The notes under the pieces are model-generated. The model saw nothing but the letters and a program-made list of their open reading frames with translations. It did no database searches and was not told the origin of the DNA. Both the position numbers and the translations under genes were made by a program. From the human T2T-CHM13v2.0 reference genome, Homo sapiens: DNA of 64,000 nucleotides. The DNA lies in the NCBI RefSeq assembly GCF_009914755.1, contig NC_060928.1, one strand, 5' to 3'. Shown here one piece after another: positions 52,696 through 64,000 of this stretch (position 1 is its first letter; each line of letters starts with the position of its first letter).

Positions 52696-53799
52696 GTAAC
52701 CATGGAATGAAGCATGTGAGAGACAGATAACCATGTAAATTAATACTGTTGAAGCTACTGTGTGTGATACTTATGCTTGAGTTTTACATCTTCAAAAGAC
52801 AGAGATAAATGAAAAACACCAAGACCTTATAATCACCATTCCAAATTGAAGCCAAATCCCTAAACTCAAAAATGTTTTTCAAAACTTTATGTTAATTGTT
52901 GATTTAGTTATTGCCAATTTTATTGTTAGCTTTCTATGTGGCAGGCACTGTGACAGAGAAATATTAATATTATAGAAATAGGTAAGCCCATAACTAATAA
53001 ACATTCAATCTTATTAGATGTAGTGGAAAGAGCCCTGGACTGGGTGTCTAAAGTTGATTCTGCCTTTGCCTGTCTTAGTGACCTTTGGAAGGTTCCTTAG
53101 CCTCACCCTGGGTTTTAGTTGTCGTATCTGTTATCTGCAATTATATCTAAATTACATTGCAGCCTTAAATTTTCATGTTCTTATGAAAGATAAATTTGTC
53201 TTTATTTTTAAGTCAATTGCAGGTATAAGCAGTTATGGTTGAATACATTTTTAGGATGAATTAGAAAAATTGATTAGGTCATAATGCTAATGAAGCCATG
53301 TTCATAATTCCCATTTTGAACTAAGTTCTAAAACAGACACTCTCCAGCCTTGCAGATGAACATTCTGATTGCAGATTAGGGCACGGGTGTGGTTAGAAGG
53401 CATGATAAGAACTTGGCTAGATAAGAGACAATTCCACTAAAAGCACCTGCTTCTAATAGCACTACAGTTTCACCTTTGTAGATCAAAGGACAACATGAAA
53501 TTTCATTGATTAGGCTGATTTTCCATTACTGGAACGAATGGGAATCTCTCCAGGAACTTGAATGTTGAAGGGTGGGGGTGAAATCAGACCATTGGCATTT
53601 TGGTGGTGGCCTGAAAAGGCTCTAACAGTTTGAGAATGGTGATGGAGAAACGGAAGGAACTAGGAGAAAGGACTCTCTCTACTCAGAGAGAGAGTAGGAG
53701 AAGAGAGAAGGAGAACGTGCTCCTTGTTTCCTGAACAGCAGACCATGTAGCCTTTTTTAGGAGTAAACAGGGTGCAGTACTGTGCACTACTCAAGTTAA

Positions 53800-54335
53800 T
53801 TTTTATTCAATCCCAAAACAAAATATATTTATTATGTACCTGCTATCTATACCTAGAACATTTCTAGGCAATGAGGATACAAGAAAAAGTCCCTGCTTGG
53901 TAGAACTTACATTGTAGTTGGGGAGACAGAGAATGCACATTAACAAACAAGTAAAGTAACTTCAGATGGGGAAAAGGCTCTGAATGGAACAGAAAAGGTT
54001 GAGGAGGCAGTAGAAGGAGATGGTCCTGTCTGTGGAGATGACATTTGAGATGAGGCATGAATGGCAAGAAGACAGGCTTGTAAAGATGTTGAAGAAATGT
54101 GTTTTAAGCAAGCAGAATAGTTCAGAAATGAGGCTCCAGAGTATTCCCAGAACAGAAAGAAGGCTCAAGAGCATGGCACCTAGGGGAAAAGAAGAAAAGA
54201 GATCTTGTAGGTACTTGCAGGCCAAGAAAAGTGTTTCATTGTTGTTCCAATTGCACTGGGAAGCCATGGAGAGTTTTAAGCAGGAGGGTATTGCGATTTA
54301 TGTTTTTAAAAGATTACTATGGCTGCTGTAGATAC
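53800..54335. mobile_element. L2 fragment
   Basis: aaaatatatttattatgtacctgctat...ggagatgacatttgagatgagg...gggaagccatggagagttttaagcagg. Confidence 0.75.
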
Positions 54336-54340
54336 TGCAC

Positions 54341-54401
54341 TTTTCTATATAAAGTTTACTTTTTTCTTTCTCATGAGAAAAAGTAAACTTTATATAGAAA
54401 A
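54341..54401. repeat. AT-rich inverted repeat with 24-bp perfect arms
   Basis: ttttctatataaagtttacttttt (54341-54364) and aaaaagtaaactttatatagaaaa (54378-54401). Confidence 0.95.
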
Positions 54402-54778
54402 AGTTTCTAAAGCTTTTCATTAATAAAAAATAAAATCAGATTTAAAATATGAAACATATGCTTTATCTGCGTGTGTATCTGAATGTCAGATGTCTTCAAT
54501 AAGGGCTTATTAAGGTATATTTGTTATTTGACCATCCTGTAATCCATGTTGTAAAAACAGTCTCCAAGGGAAGGAGTAATATGTAATAACACCCTAAAAA
54601 GAGACCCGGGGTGGGCAGGCTGTGTGGGAAGTGGGACAGATGACCAGAGGGGAGTGTATAACCCATGTAATGTAAATCTCAGCACAATAAGGAAGTCAAC
54701 AATCAAAAACACAATGTATGGAAAATGCAAAACAGGGGAGCCCAGATAAGGAATTAAACCTACCCTAGTAAACTAGAG

Positions 54779-54868
54779 GTATGGAATGATGATGGGAATG
54801 GATTTACAAAATCCAAATGCAAAGGGATTTTGTGGTTTTGTAAATTCATTCCTATCATCATTCCATAC
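54779..54868 (+). other. 33-bp stem hairpin with pre-miRNA-like shape
   Basis: Arms 54779-54811 and 54836-54868 give 31 Watson-Crick pairs plus 2 G-U pairs on the + strand. Confidence 0.85.
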
Positions 54869-55097
54869 TCTTTTTTTAGTTTAATAAACTGACTGAATCA
54901 AGATTTGGAGGAGTATTATTACAGTACAGGGAAGTAGCAGATGTGAATAAACATCTCTAGTTTTCTAGAAGGACTTTGGCCCGTATACTGATAATGTATG
55001 CGTATGTCTGTGTATGTTTATTTTTTTCATACTAAAGAAACATATCTTCAGAAAAATACTCCAAAATAAAATAAAAACAACATAAAACTGCAAAAGA

Positions 55098-55455
<358 letters not shown>

Positions 55456-55821
55456 TCAAGAAAACCAATGTTTAATATTGTATTATTTCATTTCCTGTCT
55501 TTTTTCTATGTATATATTTTTGCAATAGCAGTTTTATATAGTTCATTTCATTTTGTTGCTTGCTTTTTTCACTTTATGTATATGTATATTAAATTATTTG
55601 CATGTTCTTCTTTTTCTACAATAAGGCTGTATTGGTTAGTAATTAAAACAGTTAAATACAGCATCATAATAAAAATCCATTTGTATCTTACAGAGAAAAG
55701 CTACCTAAATGCTGTTATATGAACATAGTTAAACTTTTACATTTATAATTAAAACAGGAAATAAACTTTTTTTCAACTTAAGTTTGATCTGGCCATTATT
55801 TTATCCACTTATTCCATCCAG

Positions 55822-55857
55822 ATGATGTCTTCTATGAATTTGGTACCATGCAATGTA
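55822..55857 (+). pseudogene. Possible fossil mini-exon, domain 2
   Basis: cttattccatccag| MMSSMNLVPCNV |gtatga. Phase 0/0 fits both neighbours. Confidence 0.35.
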
Positions 55858-56129
55858 GTATGAATACAAAGGGATTAGAAAACATAATGAATGACTCTAA
55901 TCTCAAAATATTGTGTGTGGGGGGGGGAAGGCACATATTATGTCAAGAAAGTACAAAATAACTTAAAATAGCAAATAAGATGGAATACAACATAAGTTCT
56001 GCAGTACCTTGGAACAAAGAGAAATCAATTCCATGAAAGCGAGGTTAGTTTCTTTGACCAAACACATTTTTGTGCTACACATTGTACAAAATGTCATGAA
56101 CACAAGCAAGCATAAGATAGTCTTAAAGC

Positions 56130-56468
56130 TCTAGAGCCGTGCTGTTCACTAGGGCAGCGACTGGCCACATGTGCGTATTGAACACTTGAAATGGTTAGTC
56201 CTAAGTGAGATGTGGTATAAGCATAAAACATGCTAGGTTTTGATGTTATCCAACAAATGTAAAATACATTATTAACTTTTATATTAAGTACATATTTTTA
56301 TTTTGAGCACACGAAACAATAATATTTCAGACAGATAAATTGGGTTAAATAAACCATAATATTAAAATTATTTTCACCTGGTTCTTTTTGAATTTTTAAT
56401 GTGGCTACTAAGAAAGTTTATATTTACACATATGGCTCACACTATCTCTTATTAATCGGTGCTGCTCT
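56130..56468. mobile_element. MER33/MER3-like hAT-Charlie element
   Basis: actggccacatgtgcgtattgaacacttgaaat...ttttaatgtggctactaagaaa. Confidence 0.7.
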
Positions 56469-56599
56469 GGATTTTTAAAATTCAAACAAGAAAATGGCAA
56501 ATTAAAGCTATACAAAATAACCTATACAAAGTGCCAAGAGATGAGAAAGAGAAGCTACAAATTGACAAGCACCTATAATATATCTAGCCGTCTGTGAGA

Positions 56600-57015
56600 G
56601 AGAGGGAAGGTCTTGGTTGATACTGAGGAAAATGATTGTAATGCTGATGGAGAAATGAAACATGGTAAGGAGTGCAGAGCTACAGTGTTTCTGTGGGGAG
56701 TGATACTCTTTAGCTTTAGACCAACTGAATTGTTGGTGGAATATGCAAGTGGACACAGGTAGGCATAGTTTTGACCTTGACTCTCAGGAGAAAATTCATA
56801 CTCGTGATGAAATCTGTGGGTTCTTTGAGTAGATGTGATGGTTGATGTCATAAGATTGAGTTATCCAAAGGTGTGAGAGGGAGAAGAGAAAATATCTGAC
56901 TTGTGGAGGAAGTGCATTTAGAGGGAGGAGGCGAAGACTTTGGAGAAGACAGCAAGCATGGGTTGAGAAGAAGCTGAGCAATGTAGTGTCATCGAAGCCA
57001 AGGGAGAAGAAGATG
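56600..57015. mobile_element. L2 fragment
   Basis: ggaatatgcaagtgga...ctcaggagaaaattc...gtgtcatcgaagccaagggagaa. Confidence 0.65.
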
Positions 57016-57354
57016 AGGGCAGGAATGGTTCATTCATTTTTTTTCTCCATGTTTTTATTTATATTAGTTCAATTTCATGCAGTAACATTTATTACATACC
57101 TACTTTATGTCAGGTCTTGTGAGGATTTCTGGAGATTCAGCAATAAATATGTGGTGTAGAAAATAGTGTGGTGAAAGGGGAGACAAGCAAGGATGGCTAT
57201 GGAAATGGAAAGAAAAATTTAGAGATCATTGAACTTTGCATTAATGACAACTGGTAACCAAAGCTACTGGGATCACACCACCACAACAAGAACCTAAACT
57301 AAGCAAACAGAATTGGAGGATTACTAAATAAGGTACATAATAAAGGTAACCAAA

Positions 57355-57658
57355 TATTTATTTATTTATTTATTTTTGAGACAGTGTCTCTTTCTGTCGT
57401 CCAGGCTGGAGCGCAGTGATACAATCTCTGCTCACTGCAACCTCTGCCTCCTGGGTTCAGTTGATTCTCATGCCTCAGCCTCCCGAGTATCTGGGATTAC
57501 AAGTGTGGGCCATCACGCCCGACTAAATTTTGTGTTTTTAGTAAAGATGGGGTTTCACGATGTTGGCAAGGCTGGTCTCAAACTGCTGACCGCAAGTGAT
57601 CCACCTGCCTTGGCCTCCCAGTGTGTTGGGATTACAGACCTCAGCCACCACGCCTGGC
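57355..57658 (-). mobile_element. AluS
   Basis: (TTTA)n tail; TSD aaatattta. Confidence 0.88.
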
Positions 57659-57705
57659 CACTAAATATTTAATTATATGTACTTTTGCCGAATAGATATA
57701 GCTAA

Positions 57706-58330
<625 letters not shown>

Positions 58331-59033
58331 ACCTAAAATAACAATTGAGAGATGAAATAAAAAGAATACCTATGGTGAAGGGTATTCGTTAAAGTCATGC
58401 TTGCAGGTATTTCCTTCAGCTCTTGGCAGCTTAATACAACAGGCTTTTGTTAATTGCTCACATAAAGATCAGTTGGTGGTGTGGCGTTGGAAAGGAGGGT
58501 GTGTTCATTTGGAAGCTCAGGGTCCTTCCATCTTGTGATGCTTCCACCTTCCATATACGGCATTTGAGATCTCCCTGGATGGCAACATCATCTGGAGCCA
58601 AAGGAAGAGAGAGCACAGGATTACACAGGTGGTTTTTATACACCAAGTCTGGGAGAGAATATACCACTTCTCTCCAGATCCTATTAGCCAAAACAGAGTC
58701 ACATTTCCACAGTAAAGATGGCTGAGAAATTCTGTTCAACTGTGAGTCCAGGAAGATGGGAAATATATTTCATGAACAATTAGCCAATCACTGCCAATAA
58801 GCCAAAAGCTACCTTGAACCTCAAATGTAATTTTGTCTTTGATTATCAAAGGTGAATGTCTACATGGGTCAAATTAATCAAATTGTTAGACAAATGTCCA
58901 TGTATTTTACTGCCATGTATGGACATAGTTGTTTTAGAGTCAGCAGTATCGAGTTTCAGATGCTAAAGAAAAGCAACAAAGCAAATAATTCTATACTAAA
59001 TGACACATAGTCATTATGCAAATTATTTTATAG

Positions 59034-59189
59034 GCAATTGGGGAAAATGAGCAATGCCATCCTTCAGAAAGACGCAGAATAGAAGGATCGAGTATTATGA
59101 CGGAAATCACAGGAATGGTTCAGAACTTGAATCATAGCCAGAATCACCACAGGAAAATGATGTGGCCAACTTCCTGGATGTGGATGTGG
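59034..59189 (+). pseudogene. Fossil CP-like exon, domain 2, 156 nt, phase 0/0, open frame
   Basis: ttattttatag| AIGENEQCHPSERRRIEGSSIMTEITGMVQNLNHSQ... |gtaaag. Confidence 0.5.
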
Positions 59190-59705
59190 GTAAAGTTACT
59201 TTATATCTATAATGCTATATTTGAAACACATAAAAAAAAATCATTGAGAAAGCAAAATAGACAATTAAAATAATCACATAATTAAAATCATCTAAAATTT
59301 GAGAAGACTTGATGACTTCTTAAATCTACAATTTGTTTAAAAAATAGAATTACAATCAGTTTGTATTAAACAACATTAGTGCATCACACTTGGCCACCTT
59401 ATTTTTGTTGTTCTTTCCGTATTCTAACATTTGTCATCATTTAACATATAAGCTAGGCAGTATTTATACTACCTAAATTACAAGGCTACTTTCTGAACAC
59501 GCCAAGCAGTTAGGGACACCCCCAGGACACTAGAGGACAAAAAGTAATGCAATGTCCACCTCAATTGGCACATGTTGGGGTGGGGATTCTCTCAGTGTAT
59601 TGATAGGCTTGACACCCAGATAAATATATATGTTGGATCTTGTAGTACAGTTTTCTTTAGAAACTGTATTATAAATGTGATTTGTTGTCAATGCTACCTG
59701 CAAAG

Positions 59706-59814
59706 GTCTGGATAGCCCATAATGTAGCTAAAATACAAAATTATTCATGGGGAGGTCTGGACTAGGCCATAAACAGTACCAAATTCTTTCTATTAGATTT
59801 GGAGTCAGCCTATG
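59706..59814 (+). pseudogene. Fossil CP-like exon, domain 2
   Basis: ctgcaaag| VWIAHNVAKIQNYSWGGLD*AINSTKFFLLDLESAY |gtaagt, resembling CPD EWIRRNKFVLSGNLHGG...VFKYLAKAY (same WIxxN-to-GG spacing). Confidence 0.6.
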
Positions 59815-60469
59815 GTAAGTGGCAGCTGGGACTCATAATAACAAACTCATAACTTTGCTGGATGCACTAAAAAGACAGCAAATAAAAGACATCTGGGACC
59901 AAGTATGTGCCATGAAGGTTGGTTCTATTTCATTCGGTTTCCTTCCTCTTTTCTTCCACCTAAATATAATTACCTTAACTCCCATCTGTTTCTATGATAT
60001 TCTGAAGTACAAATAAAATTATCTTTTGGAAAATAAAATAAGGAGTTACAGTACCTGAGCCATCTCTAGAAGCAGTGTGGGGTCTAGGGCAAATCACTTA
60101 GCATGGGACCCCTCACAGTAAACCAAGTCTGCTCAGGAAAAAAACAGTTAAAATAAATACTCAGAACAGCCTTGACAAGAAATAAACATAAACTGTGAGC
60201 ATGTAGCTGAATAGTTTTTCTACAAGTGTGAAGAGAGAAGAGATTTTGCTTCTGTACAAATTTTAGCAGCAACAGTGAAACATTTTTCTTCTTATGTCCT
60301 GTCCATCTGAGTCATTGCACTGTACCAACAAAGTAAGTCCTAAAATGAGGGGAGGCCAGTATGGGACAGAGCAGCTAGGTGATCACCAAAGACACCTGCT
60401 TCTCTCTCTAAGGGTAGCGTTGTTGATACCTATGTATACCAGCCCCCTCGATATTAAGAGTAGCCATAT

Positions 60470-60778
<309 letters not shown>

Positions 60779-61724
60779 AGAGAAGTCATATGATTCCTTA
60801 TATTAGATTAGAATAGATTAGAATGGCCAATGAGTATAAGTGAAAGTAATGTGCATGACTTCTCGGCTGAGGTGACTAGTCATCCAGTGGAAGCTCCTCA
60901 CGTTATTTTCTGTGGCATCCTTGGAGGCGATATGAAGAGGGAGGCACCGCAAGATGAAAAGAGCCTAAATCCCTGAGTCACTGCTTGGAAAAATGTTTCC
61001 CAATAGAGTTCTCCAACAAAGAATATGCACCTTGGATGTGGCCAGAGTGAGAAATCAATTTTTACTGTGTTCTACCACAGATATATTGGTACTCTTTATC
61101 TTGACATTAGACTCATCTTATTAATACACAGCATAATTGGCCAGATTGGGGTTGGTCTGAAGATAGCCGGCAAGTGAATGATATCAAGTGTAAAATTTAC
61201 AGGAGATTAGAGAAGGATTGATCATTGAGGTCTGTCCGGATCAATGAAGGTTTGCTTGGGAAGAGAGGTAAGTTGGGTCCTGAGAATGTATTAGAAAAGA
61301 GGGAGAGGAAAAGAAACCCAGGCAGGAGCACGGTGATGACAATGTGTAGTTTATAACTTTAAGACATAAATAGATCAGTTTGGCTTGGAGGTAAATTTGA
61401 AAAGGGATTTTGAGAGGCTAGGAACCCTTTGGAGAGAAAGGAAGTGGGGTTTTGAGTCCCATACCAAGAACCTATCTTATCAGTGAGTGGGACTCACTGA
61501 AGATGTTTGCATAGTGCAATGGCAATGTGAAAGATGATTCTAGGAAAAAGTGAAGAGATAGGAGAGAAAAAAGAAAAGAAAAACCCAGCCAGTTAAGGTG
61601 CAGGAGAGGAGACGGGTGGCAGGTAGTGAAGGACAGGAAGTGAGAACTTCCTGTTCTCCTCAGCCCTGTCTTTCACTCTGCCATGAGTATCTTGCACTCA
61701 GGCCATGTTTGTGCTCCTCGAATT

Positions 61725-62572
<848 letters not shown>

Positions 62573-62597
62573 TCCAAAATAAATTCCTTCTCAAAAG

Positions 62598-62850
62598 GTA
62601 TTACTATCTAAAGTTTTTGTATGCTCCAACCCATGGTGGGCTGTAGCTGATGATTTCACACATGGAGACATATCTGAATCCAGAGTAAAGAGATTTAAAC
62701 AGTGAAGCTAAGACCCTTACAATACATGCACATAAATATCTTAAGCCCAGGTACAAATGATAAACCAAGAATGAAAGAGTCACATGAAAACCCTTTAAAA
62801 GCTGAATGGAAAGCGAGATATCAAAGGAAATTATCTAAAATACAGAAGTC
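62598..62850 (+). pseudogene. Fossil CP-like exon, domain 2 C-terminal core, frameshifted
   Basis: ttctcaaaag| VCSNPWWAVADDFTHGDIS...Q*S*DPYNTCT*IS*A (fs) ...LKAEWKARYQRKLSKIQK, resembling CPD PCKNMYPNEYFPHG...GGMQD...NCFEVT...LRQEWENNRESLITLIEK. Confidence 0.55.
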
Positions 62851-63469
62851 AAACAGTCCACCAGACTAGCCATCATTGAGGACAATAGAAATAAATGAGG
62901 CAAAGCATTCAGAAGATGGAAGGAAATTACTGTACCCCCAAGAAATAGTGTTATTTTGCCCTGGATTTGTATATCATTGACCTTAAAAAAGCATCTGTAA
63001 TGAAAGCTTCAAAATCAGAGGTGGGTATAAGATTTCCCCAGATATAAATTTAATGAAAGATTCAAATAAAATCAGTGGGAGTCATATTGCTTATACAAAA
63101 TGACATACAGCCTGTTAACTGAACAAATAATTTATTAACACTGTAAACAAATATTATGCCATGAAGACAACTGGAAAATAAACACACAAAAATCTTTGAA
63201 ACCTTGAGCAAAATACCTCCCAAAGAACAAAAACCAAGTTGTCAAGTATATCTTTAGAAAATCGGAAGTGAATGAAAAAAGAGAGTGTGTTCTTATTCAA
63301 AAAGCTAATATTCTATCTCATTGTGATCCTCTTTCTACTTGAAAAACAACTATTCTGTCCTGAGGCTATGTTTTCATTTGTGTTTTTATTTAGTGCTTTT
63401 CCAACATTTGAAGTGCCTGGGACATTATGGTTTTCAATAAATGTTTGTTGAGTGAATATGTAAAATCTG

Positions 63470-63985
63470 CTGTACTCTTTTTCTGTGGCTGCTGTAACAA
63501 ATTACTACAGACTTGGCTTAAAATAACAGAAATGTATTCTTTCACATTTTTGGAGGCCAGAAGTCCAAAATGAATATCACTAGGCCAAAATCAAGGACAG
63601 CAGGGTCATCTTGATCCAGAAGCTGTAGGGGAGAATCTGTTGCTTCCCTCTTCTGGTGACTGCCAGCATTCCTTGGCTTGTGGCTGCATCACTCCAATCT
63701 TAAAGACCAGCACCTTCAGTAGCACCTTCAAATCTCTCTCTGCTCTGTCTTTACATCACCTCTGTCTGTGTGTAAAATCTCTCTGCCTCCCTTTTATAAG
63801 GACACATGAGATCATATATTAGGACCTATCCTAATAGTACAGGATAATCTTCCAACTCAAGATCTTAAACTTAATCATATCTGCAAAGACACTTTAAAAA
63901 AAACTATATTTTGTAACATGCACAGGTTCCAGGGATTATCAAGTGGATATCTTTTGGAGGGGGGCATGTTTTTTTTTTAGCTTAA
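63470..63985. mobile_element. MLT1D-like MaLR LTR
   Basis: ggctgctgtaacaaattactacagacttggcttaaaataacagaaat...ttccttggcttgtggctgcatcactccaatct...caggataatct. Confidence 0.8.
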
Positions 63986-64000
63986 GGCAAAAGCATTCTA

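Noticed and set aside
59730-59760. IQNYSWGG resembling a subtilisin motif
   Set aside because: No catalytic-triad motifs; colinear context favours the M14 LHGG position.

Overview
Primate (human-like) euchromatic DNA, dense in L1, Alu, LTR, MIR, L2 and DNA-transposon copies. It contains no intact host protein-coding gene. Recognisable content: an L1PA2 with an internal deletion (239-5841, -) inserted into a MER4-like LTR; a tailless 5'-half tRNA-Gln retrocopy (~9590-9630); a processed KRAB-C2H2 zinc-finger pseudogene of the ZNF816-like group (~10.2-14.6 kb, +) abutting a 5'-truncated L1; a full-length L1PA7-like element (20.6-27.0 kb, -); and about 30 Alus. The main observation is not shown by the ORF track. 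Unique sequence between the repeats holds a chain of roughly 15 AG/GT-bounded, largely phase-compatible exon remnants on the + strand (18.7-62.9 kb). Their translation follows, in order, two successive M14B (carboxypeptidase N/E subfamily, CPD/CPM-like) domains, with many stops and frameshifts. This looks like a decayed, intron-containing, highly divergent CPD-like gene. All protein and repeat similarities were judged by eye against recalled sequences and need HMM, BLAST or RepeatMasker confirmation.
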